Assembly: GCA_965218095.1 (NCBI GenBank)
Contig: OZ244587.1
Coordinates: 3,040,001 to 3,104,000 of the forward strand
Reading direction: 5' to 3'
Source of the DNA: Candidatus Poribacteria bacterium
GTDB taxonomy: Bacteria > Poribacteria > WGA-4E > PCPOR2b
Length of the DNA: 64,000 nt
This document shows positions 49,186 to 60,225 of the stretch, piece by piece (position 1 is the stretch's first letter; the number at the start of each line of letters is the position of its first letter). Under the pieces are notes generated by a model. The model was not told where the DNA came from, did no database searches, and saw only the letters and a list, made by a program, of their open reading frames with translations. Position numbers and translations under genes: made by a program.

Positions 49186-50346
49186 ATGGACAGTTACAGC
49201 CTCAGCGAGACCGAGCCGTTCGCAAATTCGGCGGCAACGCACGGTCAGCAAACTGACGACGGCGCCCCGGTAAGCCGCCTGCACGACCTGCTACGGACGG
49301 AAGTGCTGGCAGCCTTTGACCGCGCCTCTTTCGAGCGCGAGGGGTATTGGGTGTGGGAGGGTGTGCTGACCGACGCCGGCCGCAAGCAGTGGACAGCCAG
49401 CCTGCAGAAACTACAGCAGATGAACGATAACATCATCATGGACACCGACTGGGCCGCCATCGACTTCGCGGGGCGCGGACTGGAGCCGCCGCTGCTGGAG
49501 AAAATCACTCCGGAGTTTTTGGCTGCTTGCTGCGGCGGATCAGAGCAAATGCGCTTCACGCCGCCTGGGCTCCGTCAATACATGCACGACCACGGGCTGC
49601 TCGGCCCGGGCCCTGCGTTGGTCACACACGGGTTCGAGTCGCAGGGGGTCATGCCAGAGTATTTCCCGGGCGCTTATGACGACTTCATCATGGATGTCAC
49701 CACCGCCCACCCGCAGATGATGGAGCTATTCAGGAAGCTCTTCGGCGACCGCTTCGTGCTCGACCACTGCCTGATGCTCAACCGGGCGGCTGGCTCGAGA
49801 GGGAGACGCTGGCATGCTCACCAGTATCGGGAGGGGCAGTATGAGGTCGAGGACCCGATTGGAACCGGCAGTGCTGTTACTACCGAGTTTCTACAGCAGC
49901 AGTGTATTCGAACACTGTGCTACCCAGAAGGTGCAGAGATTGGGGATGGCGGGGAGCTTAGGGTCATCCCAGGCGCCCATCTATACCGCATCCCATACAA
50001 GTGGAACACGGAGCGGCCCGATGATGACGCCGCCATGCAAGCAGGCTGGCTGAAGGGAAAGACCCACGCCATCACAGGCAAGCCGTTAGAAATCCTACAC
50101 CTGTCACTACCACCCGGAAGCATGATTTCGTTTGTCCATCATATGCCGCATCATGTCCGCCACCGCCCGCCAGGGGCCCCTACCCGGTGGGGCCTGCTGA
50201 TGGCGTACCGGACCCCGGACCCGGCGGCAAGTCCGGCCAAGTGGACAAGAGGTGTGCCGGCGCATTGGGTAGAGCGTACTGCGGCAAAAGGATTGCTCTC
50301 CGCTGCAGCACGCCGCGTGTTTGAGGCAGACAACCCCCTCGACTGA
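49186..50346 (+). CDS. Divergent PhyH-like dioxygenase
   Basis: FEREGYWVWEG, HPQMMELFRKLFG, WHAH, GELRVIPGAH, PGSMISFVHHMPH; AAGGAG RBS before ATG 49186. Confidence 0.65.
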   Translation: MDSYSLSETEPFANSAATHGQQTDDGAPVSRLHDLLRTEVLAAFDRASFEREGYWVWEGVLTDAGRKQWTASLQKLQQMNDNIIMDTDWAAIDFAGRGLEPPLLEKITPEFLAACCGGSEQMRFTPPGLRQYMHDHGLLGPGPALVTHGFESQGVMPEYFPGAYDDFIMDVTTAHPQMMELFRKLFGDRFVLDHCLMLNRAAGSRGRRWHAHQYREGQYEVEDPIGTGSAVTTEFLQQQCIRTLCYPEGAEIGDGGELRVIPGAHLYRIPYKWNTERPDDDAAMQAGWLKGKTHAITGKPLEILHLSLPPGSMISFVHHMPHHVRHRPPGAPTRWGLLMAYRTPDPAASPAKWTRGVPAHWVERTAAKGLLSAAARRVFEADNPLD

Positions 50347-50408
50347 TTGGACATTTCGAACGGACACAGTGTTCAAAAGATCTGGAAAGAATCATGTAGA
50401 CTTTATAC

Positions 50409-50482
50409 TGTCATGCTGAGTGATAAGCTTGTCCCGAGCGAAGCCGAGATCTTTTGGTCGCTTAGACTTCCTCAAGATGACA
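50409..50482. repeat. Degenerate TGTCAT...ATGACA palindromic repeat
   Basis: tgtcatgctgag ... ctcaagatgaca inverted ends with internal cgagcgaagccgaga. Confidence 0.5.
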
Positions 50483-50565
50483 TGAAGTCGCATACGTTCA
50501 AAATGACAAAACGCAATTTGTGACTGTTTGAAGTATACATTAGACACCCATACCGGAGTTGAATT

Positions 50566-52452
50566 ATGCCCATCAAGATTTTACCCTCTGACATTGCCAA
50601 CAAGATCGCCGCCGGTGAGGTCGTTGAGCGTCCGGCATCCGTTGTCAAGGAATTGGTCGAAAACGCTATTGATGCGGAGAGCACGAGCGTCAATGTCGAG
50701 ATCCGAGCAGGCGGCAAGCGGCTGATCTCCGTCTCAGATAACGGTAGCGGTATGAACCGAGAGGACGCGCTGATTGCGATAGAACGCCACGCGACAAGTA
50801 AAATCAGCACCGTTGAAGACCTGCAGACCATCCAGACGTTTGGTTTTCGCGGAGAGGCGCTTCCGAGCATCGCATCTGTGTCGCAGTTTGAACTGCTGAC
50901 GCGGACAGCCGATGCAGTGGGAGGCACAAAGATCACGGTCGAAGGCAGCGTGGTTCGTTCAGTGCAGGAGAGCGGTTGTTCGCCGGGGACGCATATTATG
51001 GTCAATAACCTCTTTTATAATGTTCCCGCGCGTCTGAAATTCCTCAAAAGCGAAGCGACAGAGTTGAATCACATCACGAATCAGGTGATGTGGGCCGCCC
51101 TCGCTAACCCGAAGATCCAGTTTTCCCACTCTCACAACACCCGCTCTCTGGTTGATGTCCGGGCGTGTGAATCCTATATCGAGCGCATACGCCTGCTATA
51201 CGGCAAAGAGTTTGCCGAAAACCTCATCGAGTTTGATGCTGACCTCCCCAACCTCCATCTCCACTGCTTTATCGGCAGACCAGATTTCACCAAAGCAAAC
51301 CGCAACTACCAGATTTTTTTCCTGAACCGAAGGCCCATTCGGAACAAAGTCCTCGGCGCGGCGCTCAACGAAGCGATGCGGTCCGTGGTGCCGAAAGATC
51401 GGTATGCCGTCGCCTTTCTTTTCCTGACGATGAGCGCTCAGGAGGTGGATGTCAATGTCCACCCCGCTAAAATCGAGATACGGTTCAAGAATGAGCGTGG
51501 CATCTACAGCGAGGTAGTGCGCCTACTTCACAGCGGGATTTACAAAAGCAAGTATATCCCCAAAATAGAAGGGTCAAAAGGCCAGGTGGCGCCGGCGGAA
51601 GTCCCCACTCCAGAAACCAACACCGACACAGTAGAGTCCTCTCCTCAGCAACAGCAGATCGAGGTGGGAAAACCGTCTGCCCGGGCCCCGATCTTTCCGA
51701 CGACACAGCGCGAATTTATGCAAACGGAGCCAACTGCCGCTCCCGCCCCCGAACAGCCGCAGCATGAAGAATCTGATACGAAACCGGAACCTCTCCGTCA
51801 AACGGAGGTGGAATCTGTCCAGCCGCCGCAACAGCCAATCCCTGAAGGCACAGAGCTCCAACTCCTTGACTTTGAGGGAGTACAACTGAAAACGAACCTG
51901 TTTAATACCTACATCGTCGCGGAGGGGAATGATCGGGTGTTTCTCATCGATCAGCATGTCGCGGCAGAGCGCGTGCTTTATGAACGTTTTGTCGAGCAGT
52001 TGAACATGGATGGAATTCCCGTGCAGGGGTTGCTGCTCCCTGTGACCATCGAAGCGACTCCGCAGCAGTTGACGACGCTCGATGCTCACCGCAAGCTCTT
52101 CGAGAAACTCGGTTTCGATGTGGAACGCTTCGGTGGAAGAACGATTCTGGTGCGATCCATCCCCGCAACGCTCCCAACACGCCTCGCCGACGTAACGGTT
52201 ACAGATCTGCTGGATGGGCTTGGACAAGCCGTAACGCCCACCGTAGAGCACCTTGAAGTTCAGGATAAGGCGCTCATCACACTTGCCTGCAAGTCCGCTG
52301 TGAAAGCCGGGGATGTGCTGGCGATGCAGGAGATGGTCAACCTGATCAAAGACCTCTCGCGGGCAAAGCTACCGTTCAATTGTCCGCACGCACGGCCGAT
52401 TATTGTGGAGATGAGTCGGAGTGAGTTGGAGAGCCGGTTTAAGCGGCGATGA
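50566..52452 (+). CDS. mutL: DNA mismatch repair protein MutL
   Basis: IAAGEVVERPASVVKELVEN, GFRGEAL, DQHVAAER, ACK, CPHARP. Confidence 0.96.
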   Translation: MPIKILPSDIANKIAAGEVVERPASVVKELVENAIDAESTSVNVEIRAGGKRLISVSDNGSGMNREDALIAIERHATSKISTVEDLQTIQTFGFRGEALPSIASVSQFELLTRTADAVGGTKITVEGSVVRSVQESGCSPGTHIMVNNLFYNVPARLKFLKSEATELNHITNQVMWAALANPKIQFSHSHNTRSLVDVRACESYIERIRLLYGKEFAENLIEFDADLPNLHLHCFIGRPDFTKANRNYQIFFLNRRPIRNKVLGAALNEAMRSVVPKDRYAVAFLFLTMSAQEVDVNVHPAKIEIRFKNERGIYSEVVRLLHSGIYKSKYIPKIEGSKGQVAPAEVPTPETNTDTVESSPQQQQIEVGKPSARAPIFPTTQREFMQTEPTAAPAPEQPQHEESDTKPEPLRQTEVESVQPPQQPIPEGTELQLLDFEGVQLKTNLFNTYIVAEGNDRVFLIDQHVAAERVLYERFVEQLNMDGIPVQGLLLPVTIEATPQQLTTLDAHRKLFEKLGFDVERFGGRTILVRSIPATLPTRLADVTVTDLLDGLGQAVTPTVEHLEVQDKALITLACKSAVKAGDVLAMQEMVNLIKDLSRAKLPFNCPHARPIIVEMSRSELESRFKRR

Positions 52453-52737
52453 CCAACACCCACCATCCGATTTAGATTATGGGCGTGCACGAAGCGAGTC
52501 GTCACAGGAGACGCGTTGATGGATAAGCCAACTCCTACCCCCATTAACAAAACCGTCAGAGATTCAATCATCTCGTCCCCCAGGTTGAACCAAAATTTAA
52601 CTTTTCATACCGTCCAATTTCCGTTCCGGCTGAGTTTGATCCTCTTGTACATTAATTGACATAGAATTTGAGATTAAAAACCTTCCGAAGGTCTTGAACC
52701 CTTGGAGGGATCTGGACCTCTGCTGACTTGTGAACCA

Positions 52738-54708
52738 CTAAAGTTGAGAACGTTTATCTACAATTCGGGTTTGCTTTTTTACAGTCGCCAACCAATTGCT
52801 GTAAACCTCGTTCCGTTTCGTTTGTAGCAGTGCTTTGTGGATCTTGGCACGCTCCGCCGGGTCATTCTGGAACTTCTCCATATCCGGCGCTTCGCGCTCC
52901 ACCAGCTGGATGATATAGGCGGCACTGTCCCCCTGGAGCGCGCCTCTCACCTCGTTCAGCTCCATCTCAAAAGCGGCAAACATGGCTTCTCGGCACGTCC
53001 CCATCCCGGATACATAACCGCTGCTCGGTGATATGGCAAACAGGTTGCTTTCCTTAACTTCTCGTTCTGTCCGAGTGATGCCTTCCGGCGCTTCATACTT
53101 CTTCACCAGATCTTCAAACGACGCATCGGTGGTGCGGAGGTCTATCAGTTTTTGGGCGTCCTCCAGCGCCAACTGTTTTGCCTTTTCCCCTTTGACGTCG
53201 TCAATTACTTGATTTTTGATCGTTTCAAATTCAGGGATTGCCGCCGGTTTCTTCTTAAGGACTTTCGCCACAAAATAGGACTCAATCTCCCCACTCTGTC
53301 TCTTGTTTTCGATAATGTCACTGACATTCTCCTCCATGTCGAAGGCTTTCTCAATTAAATCGACATGCGTCCACTTCGTTCCAATCTTGGGGATATTATT
53401 CGCATCTTGCGAAAAATATCCTGTATCCTGAACTGTAAGCGAGAGATCTTTGTACCTATCGAGCTGAATCGCCCCTTCATAATCCTGGATTTCAACATCA
53501 AACAGGAGATCTTCCACGAAGGTCTTCGCCTGGTCTACGCCTGCAATCTGAACCAGCTTATCCCTGATTTCGTTTTTTGCCTGAGTAAAGGGCTTAATTT
53601 CTTCTGGTCGCTTCTCTTCCAGCTTGATGATGTGGTATCCGAATCTCGATTCGACCAGATTACTCACCTCGCCGGGGGCTAACTCGTCAAATGCTGCCTT
53701 CTCAAACGGTTGCACCATGTCGCCTCGCGCAAAATATCCCGGCGGCAAGTCAGAGTTTCTTCCTTGCAACGCCCCTCCCCTCGGAGCCGAACCGGTGTCC
53801 TCGGAATGTTCCTTTGCGAGTTCAGCGAAATCCTTTCCTTCGGCAATCGCAGTCTTCACCGTTTCAAGCAACTTTTCTGCTTCTGCCTTGACTTCCGCCT
53901 TCTGCTCGTCGGTTGCGTTATCCGGGAATTTCTTCAAAATGTGACGCGCTTTCACCACCTCGGGCGTCTTAAACTCCTGTTGATGCTCATTATAATAAGC
54001 CTGCACGTCCGCGTCCGAAACGAAGTCTTTTGGATCGAGTTTGATGAACCTGAGATTAATCTCATCCCCTTTTTCATATTTCTCTTTGTGTTCTTCAAAA
54101 TAGACTTGTGCTTCAGCGTCGTCAACATTGGCGGCGCTATTGTATGCAAAGTGTTGAAATTGAATGTACTTGAGTTTCGCCTTGGTGTTCTGGTGGCGGT
54201 ATTCGTTCTCCACCTCCACGTCTGTGATCAGCTCAAGCCCTTGAATCTGATTGCGCAGGGCTTCCTCGCTCATGAGCAAACGGACATCTTGACGGAAGCG
54301 AGCCCCATTTCCTTGTTGCTGGTACAGGTTGTGGTACGTTCGCAGATTGTCATCGTTTGCAATATACGTCACCACTTCCGCGTCGCTGAACTGGACGCTG
54401 CCGAGCAGAATCTGCTGACTGGTGAGTTGATCGACAACCTGCTGTTCAACCTGCTCCCGTTCAATCTGTGAAGCCCCCTGGTTTTGCTGCTGCTGGCTTT
54501 GGAGTGCGTTGGCAACGAGATTTTCAAATTCACGCTGTCGTACTTTTGCACCGTTAATCTCAAGGACGACCTCGCCTGCATCGTTCCTATTGAACAGGCT
54601 GTTTCCACCGGCAACATCAAAGAGAAGGAGTGAGCCGATAAGAAAGGCAAGGCCAACAACAACCAGGAAAATCTGCGCGATAAATTTCTCCCTTAGAAAA
54701 ACAATCAT
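52738..54708 (-). CDS. ppiD: PpiD/SurA-like membrane-anchored peptidyl-prolyl isomerase
   Basis: N-terminal TM, KARHIL, FAELAKEHSEDTGSAPRGG, MVQPFEKAAF, VESRFGYHIIK. Confidence 0.8.
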   Translation of the reverse strand: MIVFLREKFIAQIFLVVVGLAFLIGSLLLFDVAGGNSLFNRNDAGEVVLEINGAKVRQREFENLVANALQSQQQQNQGASQIEREQVEQQVVDQLTSQQILLGSVQFSDAEVVTYIANDDNLRTYHNLYQQQGNGARFRQDVRLLMSEEALRNQIQGLELITDVEVENEYRHQNTKAKLKYIQFQHFAYNSAANVDDAEAQVYFEEHKEKYEKGDEINLRFIKLDPKDFVSDADVQAYYNEHQQEFKTPEVVKARHILKKFPDNATDEQKAEVKAEAEKLLETVKTAIAEGKDFAELAKEHSEDTGSAPRGGALQGRNSDLPPGYFARGDMVQPFEKAAFDELAPGEVSNLVESRFGYHIIKLEEKRPEEIKPFTQAKNEIRDKLVQIAGVDQAKTFVEDLLFDVEIQDYEGAIQLDRYKDLSLTVQDTGYFSQDANNIPKIGTKWTHVDLIEKAFDMEENVSDIIENKRQSGEIESYFVAKVLKKKPAAIPEFETIKNQVIDDVKGEKAKQLALEDAQKLIDLRTTDASFEDLVKKYEAPEGITRTEREVKESNLFAISPSSGYVSGMGTCREAMFAAFEMELNEVRGALQGDSAAYIIQLVEREAPDMEKFQNDPAERAKIHKALLQTKRNEVYSNWLATVKKQTRIVDKRSQL

Positions 54709-55584
54709 GGAAATCTCTCCTGTTATTCAGTCTGTATTTGGAATGGTAAGTTCAACGGAAAACGGTTAGTATGATACTTAATTGATATGAGTTTTGCAAG
54801 GGGTTTTATTACGCACTTTCCCCCATCACGTACCAAACGCCCTAACTTGAAAAAATCACCTTGATCTGACGCCGCAAATCCCTTCGCATCCGTCCACTTC
54901 CAATCTGATCCACGTCTTGAGTTCCCTTACGCGAGTCCTTTCGCCAGATTTGGTCACAAACCTGCTCCCAATCTCGACGCTCCTGATTCGACACCCCAGC
55001 GATGTATGCCTTGAATTCGGAAAATAGGGTGTCTCCCATATTAATGACCGCTTCCTCATCTTCAGCGTCCCCTGCTTCTTCAGCCTCAGACTCTGCAAAA
55101 TAAAGTTGACCCAGGGCGTTGACAAACGCACGACGCAGCATCTGTGTATGCTAGGGGGCGGTCTCAACTGTCAGCAGATGCTCAAAAACAATCGAGATTT
55201 GCCGAAGGGCGATCGAACCTTGGGTCGGCGGTGGCAGTCTCCACGGTCGCTTTGAGTTTCGAGTAAGACGGTAAATGGTATGCGAGCGGGGTGAGTAACA
55301 ACCAAACACTGAGGGCAACCCGCGATCCGGGCAGCAGGACATTGTGAAGGATCCCCGTTTCTCGGCGGACAAGCGTGCATAAGGATTGCTCCAACTCCGA
55401 TGTATGTGAAAGTCGAATCAACGCCTTGACATAGCGCAACTGGATACCTTTCTGTGGTGTGATACACATTATTGATACATCAAAATTGGGTAAACGCTGT
55501 ATGCTCTCAATTTGTCGTAGCATACCCGCAAGATAGAATTCTGTCAATCCTGTACTCTACCTACGGTAGATGGGAATCCAGGTT

Positions 55585-55837
55585 TCAGGACTTCTCACGT
55601 CTCACTGCTTCAAGTGCAGACATCGAATCGTGTTCAATCTGTTCCTCTGGCACATTGGCAGACGCAGTATGAAAATGCGCCGCGACACATTGCCACTCTT
55701 CTCCCCTTGAAATCCCCTTGAAAAGAAACGGGTTCCTTTTCGAGAATTTTTCGGAGTTGCTGGCGTTCAACCTTGGGGAGCCGTCAAACGAGTGGTAAAA
55801 TCTGTTCCAGGGTAATGGGTTCGGTACGCTGTTCCAT
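55585..55837 (-). pseudogene. Degraded small (antitoxin-like) gene
   Basis: MEQRTEPITLEQILPLV*RLPKVERQQLRKILE with internal stop, then a duplicated TTTCAAGGGGA causing a frameshift. Confidence 0.4.
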
Positions 55838-56065
55838 TGTAAATCCCTCTCTTTCCTATGTGTTTTCCGTTTCAAATCAAGCACGGTTATTGTATCAGAT
55901 CGCTATAGTGATGTCAATCTATCACTGGAGCAGATTGAGAACTTCCCGTTTTCCCGGTACGCTGGTCGAGTAGGTGCTCTTTTTCCCTTTCAATTTTCCC
56001 GATTCTATACTAGAAGTTACGCACTTGGACAGAAAATAGGTTATAATAAAGACTATGAATCGACC

Positions 56066-56340
56066 CAAATGCAATGAACTGTTTCGACTCAAGTATGACG
56101 AACTGTCTTGGACGATTGAACAATACCATCAAAGCATCAAGAATTTGTCGGTGTTGAGCGGTCCATGGTTCGCAAGGGAGTTGCGCAACGCGATCATATT
56201 GGACTGACATTGCGAGCGTTTCTACGACTTGAGCGGGACTGTTTCTTGACCGGCGTCAGTTGGTTTGAAGCGAAAGTCTCGATTATCAGAGAAGCGGTTC
56301 ATGCCTATCTGGCTCAACCGCTTTACACTTTAACACCAAT
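56066..56340 (+). mobile_element. IS701-family transposase C-terminal remnant
   Basis: WTIEQYHQSIK (frameshift) GVERSMVRKGVAQRDHIGLTLRAFLRLE...SWFEAKVSIIREAVHAYL. Confidence 0.75.
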
Positions 56341-56481
56341 AATCTGTACTATAAATCGGGTATAGTTGCCTTCGATGTATCATCTGGTTATGGGTATAGG
56401 CAGCTTGGATTAATTTAACAGTGCCAAGGTAACAGAATTTAACGAAAATTAATGTTAGTCCAATCCGGAGGAAAAAATAAA

Positions 56482-57024
56482 ATGGCAGTTCAGCATTTAT
56501 CATTTGATCAGATCGAAGCCCAGATCAACCAATTAGCAGCGAGTCCCCGAGATCATGGCGTTCTCGAACACATTGTGATTCGCTTGCCCGACGAACGGCG
56601 AGCGACCCCTCAGGAAGCTGAAGTCAGCACCGAAGGGGGTCTCGAAGAGGATCGCTGGAGTCGACCGAAAAGCCCAAATCCGGGTGCGCAAATCTCCGTA
56701 ATGAATTCCCGGTTTCTAAAGGTGATCGCCGGTAACGATGAGCGAATGTGTCTCTCCGGCGATAACCTGCTCGTTGATTTGGACTTGGGCGACGAAAACC
56801 TTCCCACTGGCACTCGATTACAGATCGGCGCCACCACCTTTGAAGTGACGGATGTGCCCCATACCGGCTGTCAAAAATTTGAACGGCGGTATGGCAAAGA
56901 CGCGCTGAAAGTGGTCAACTCAGATGCCTATAAATCGAGAAGACTGCGAGGGCTATTTGTAAGGGTAATTCAAGCGGGCAGGATTCAGGTGGGTGATTCT
57001 ATCCGCAAAGTGACTGAAGGATAA
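56482..57024 (+). CDS. MOSC domain protein
   Basis: GLEEDRW, GDNLLVDLDL, LQIG, PHTGCQKF, RLRGLFVRVIQAGRIQVGD. Confidence 0.88.
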   Translation: MAVQHLSFDQIEAQINQLAASPRDHGVLEHIVIRLPDERRATPQEAEVSTEGGLEEDRWSRPKSPNPGAQISVMNSRFLKVIAGNDERMCLSGDNLLVDLDLGDENLPTGTRLQIGATTFEVTDVPHTGCQKFERRYGKDALKVVNSDAYKSRRLRGLFVRVIQAGRIQVGDSIRKVTEG

Positions 57025-57039
57025 GGAACATCGTATGTT

Positions 57040-57489
57040 TCAGGAATTTCGCTTACACTCGTTGAGCAGTTGTTCCACTTCAGCACGCACGGTTGTTGGT
57101 ACATCTGGAAGTGCCAAAACGTGTTGAAAGAGTTGCCGTGCTTTCTCATAACATTTGGCTTGTTGGTAACAGGAAGCCGCGCTCACAAGACTAATGTAGA
57201 CATTTTCAGTATGTCCTTCAGCTTCTAGGCGTTGGGCAGCTCTAATTCAGCAGCTCGGACAAAGAGCCGGGGCAGACCTGAATGATCGCCATCTTTTCTC
57301 GCCAGGATTGCGTGTGCTTCCAAAATATAACCCGAAGCTTTTCCAAGTATCTTTAGTGAATGAACACGAATTCATTCCATTTTCAGCAATCAAGGCTACC
57401 AGACAGTGAATCAAGTGATCGACATTGAGGTTAGGGTGAAGTTGGGCGATGTCTTCAATGCGGCTTGAGATAACCTTCTTTGTCATCAA
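57040..57489 (-). pseudogene. Gene remnants including a TPR-like fragment
   Basis: Start-less frame ...ISLVSAASCYQQAKCYEKARQLFQHVL... plus short ORF 57247-57489. Confidence 0.35.
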
Positions 57490-57614
57490 GATGTCTACAT
57501 TATAGGATAGGGACAGTGGAAATCGAACAAGGGAATTGTATCAAGGGACTTTTGTGCTGTCAAGGGAAATGAAAGGAACAATCGAAAATGAAACAAATTG
57601 AAAGGTAGATTTCT

Positions 57615-58811
57615 ATGAAAAGTGCTCAATCTATGACCTCACAAAAATCGACCTTATTTACTGAATCCGTCATCCGAGGGATGACACAGCTTTGCATCCG
57701 CTACAACGCGATTAACCTGTCGCAGGGCACGCCCGGATTTGAACCGCCGGACGAGGTGAAGGGTGCTGCGATAGACGCCATCCGTAATGGGTACAACCAG
57801 TATAGCATCACTTGGGGGACGCCGAAATTTCGTCAGGCGATTGCCCACAAAGTGACAGAATTTAACGGCATCCCGACCGATCCGGACTGTAACGTGACGG
57901 TCACCTGTGGTTCGACCGAAGGTATGATGTCTACAATGCTGGCGATTATCAACCCCGGCGATGAGATCGTGATCTTTGAACCGTTCTATGAGAACTACGG
58001 TCCCGACGCGATTATCTCAGGGGCGCAGCCGGTCTATGTGCCGCTGCGAGAAACGCGCCGTCCCGATGGTAGCGATACTTTCACTTACGACCCTGATGAG
58101 TTACGAAAGGCTTTCAGCGAAAATACGAAGGCGGTTATCTTGAATACGCCGAACAACCCACTCGGAAAAGTGTTTAGCTGTGAGGAGTTGCAGGAGATCG
58201 CAGCCCTGTGTTGTGAGTTTGATTGCCTCGCCGTGACGGACGAAATCTATGAGCACATGATCTACGACGGACGCCCGCACGTCAGCATCGGATCTTTTCC
58301 AGAAATGCGGGATCGGACAATTACCGTTTCAGGGTTGAGCAAGACGTACTCCATCACCGGGTGGAGGCTCGGTTATGTGATTGCCCCCGAATACCTGGCA
58401 AATGCTATCCGCAAGATGCACGACTTCCTGACGGTTGGGGCGCCACACCCCTTGCAGGAAGCCGGCGTGGTTGCGCTTCAATTAGGTCAGGAATACTACC
58501 GGCGCCTGGTTGAACAGTATGATCACCGGCGCAAACTGCTTTTGGCACTATTGACCCATGCACGATTTCGCTGCTACGTCCCCGAAGGGGCATACTATAT
58601 TATGACCGACATCAGCGATTTTGGATTTCCGAGCGACACCGAATTTTCACACTGGCTGGTGAAGGAGATTGGCGTCGGTGGGGTGCCGGGGTCTAGTTTC
58701 TACAGTCGTCCCGAGCTCGGTCGGACGAAGCTGCGGTTTATGTTTAGCAGAGATGAACAGACGCTGCAGGAAGCGGGTGCGCGGCTGGTGCGAATCCGTG
58801 AAAAGATTTAG
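57615..58811 (+). CDS. PLP-dependent aminotransferase class I/II
   Basis: INLSQG, NTPNNPLG, DEIY, SKTYSITGWRLG. Confidence 0.93.
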   Translation: MKSAQSMTSQKSTLFTESVIRGMTQLCIRYNAINLSQGTPGFEPPDEVKGAAIDAIRNGYNQYSITWGTPKFRQAIAHKVTEFNGIPTDPDCNVTVTCGSTEGMMSTMLAIINPGDEIVIFEPFYENYGPDAIISGAQPVYVPLRETRRPDGSDTFTYDPDELRKAFSENTKAVILNTPNNPLGKVFSCEELQEIAALCCEFDCLAVTDEIYEHMIYDGRPHVSIGSFPEMRDRTITVSGLSKTYSITGWRLGYVIAPEYLANAIRKMHDFLTVGAPHPLQEAGVVALQLGQEYYRRLVEQYDHRRKLLLALLTHARFRCYVPEGAYYIMTDISDFGFPSDTEFSHWLVKEIGVGGVPGSSFYSRPELGRTKLRFMFSRDEQTLQEAGARLVRIREKI

Positions 58812-59014
58812 TTTGACTATTGTACAATGCGTAGTGAATGAGTTCATGGAGAATTTTGCATATACAACCACATCATTCAGCATTTTCTGCTCTCATTTTG
58901 AGAGGAATCGTGCTATAATCTTGGCGATTCTCAATGAGAACAAGAGTCGGAAATTGTCCCATCAGCCCATTCAAGATTGGATATATCCCACCGGTAAATT
59001 GGAGGTAATTACAG

Positions 59015-59743
59015 ATGGAAATGAGAAGTTGGTTGCAATCCCCCTCAAGTCTCACACATGGGAACATCATCAAGCGGGAAATCTTTTCAAAAAAAGACCC
59101 CGATAACCCCGACAAGGAGGGGGCGATTCTGAACTATATTGATAGCTTTTCGCGGTGCTATCTTGAGCCGCGAATCGCGTCAATACCAACAGCTTTCGAT
59201 GATCGGCAGTTGATCTTCTACATCGTTGATGGGAACGGCATTTTTGAGGGTGGCGAGCTCAAGCAGGAAGTTCAAGAAGGAGACGGTATTATCGTGCCGC
59301 CGGGAGTCACACATGTGCTGACGAATGAGGCGAACGCACCTTTAGAATTCCTCATATTGGAAGAGTCCCTTTCTGACGGTGAACAGTCACCCCGAACAGA
59401 TGTCCTGATTAGAAACTACCGGGAACGCCCTCTTAACCAGGGGCATTGGACACATCTGGTCCATCCGATCCTCGGCGAGGACGATGGACTTGTGAAACTC
59501 CACGCGGTTCTGATGGTGCGGATTGACGCGATGCAGACCCCCGATACCCACGGGCATCCTGATAACATGGATGAGGTGTGGTACATGCTGGAGGGCAATG
59601 GCATCCATGTGGTGAGTCAGAATGTCTACCGGCAACGACCGGGGGATGCGGTTTCTGTCGCGCCGTCAAACCCAGGCCATACCCTCATCAATGATACGGA
59701 TGAGCCCCTCAAGACGTTCTACTTTGCCCGTTACAATCAGTGA
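59015..59743 (+). CDS. Bicupin protein
   Basis: IFYIVDGNG...GDGIIVPPGVTH and HGH...DEVWYMLEG...GH cupin motifs. Confidence 0.8.
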   Translation: MEMRSWLQSPSSLTHGNIIKREIFSKKDPDNPDKEGAILNYIDSFSRCYLEPRIASIPTAFDDRQLIFYIVDGNGIFEGGELKQEVQEGDGIIVPPGVTHVLTNEANAPLEFLILEESLSDGEQSPRTDVLIRNYRERPLNQGHWTHLVHPILGEDDGLVKLHAVLMVRIDAMQTPDTHGHPDNMDEVWYMLEGNGIHVVSQNVYRQRPGDAVSVAPSNPGHTLINDTDEPLKTFYFARYNQ

Positions 59744-59826
59744 GGCGTGAAACGTGAAACGTGAAGCGTGATGGGTGCTTGACGGATCCATGGCCACGTC
59801 TCACTTGTCACTCATCACGCCTCATG
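59741..59826. repeat. Inverted heptamer tandem arrays (GTGAAAC / TCAC...)
   Basis: cgtgaaacgtgaaacgtgaagcgtga ... cacgtctcacttgtcactcatcacgcctca; also 35441-35467, 49003-49020, 60172-60208. Confidence 0.6.
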
Positions 59827-60225
59827 CAGCACAAAAGTGAGGAAACGTAGCGCAAACTGTTTGCATTACCACAAAAAAGCACTGACATGAACCCTTGCGA
59901 ATTCATACCGGTGCTTTATACATCGAATTTCATAGTTTCTCCTCTGTGTGTCATAGTCATTTGCAGCGTCAGCTTTCGACGTCGCAGGCTATAACTAGGC
60001 AGCCCGAGAAACTTATACCAAACAACACAATGCCGCCGGTTTCGGGGTTGGGGTTCCCCACTCTCACAATTTTCCCTGCCTACAACTGAGGCTTTGGGAT
60101 ATGACTGCTCCAGAAGACGGGGCCAGCAGGGTATCCTTTGAATCTCGTGGGAAAAGGAAACGTTGATGGAGAAGTGAGAAGCGTGAGACGTGGTACGTGA
60201 AATATGAAAGGAAATCTCAAAAGCT

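Noticed and set aside
59860-59945. Minus-strand AGGAG + MKFDV* resembling an FAD-oxidoreductase start
   Set aside because: Only five codons precede a stop and no GxGxxG motif follows; too weak to call.
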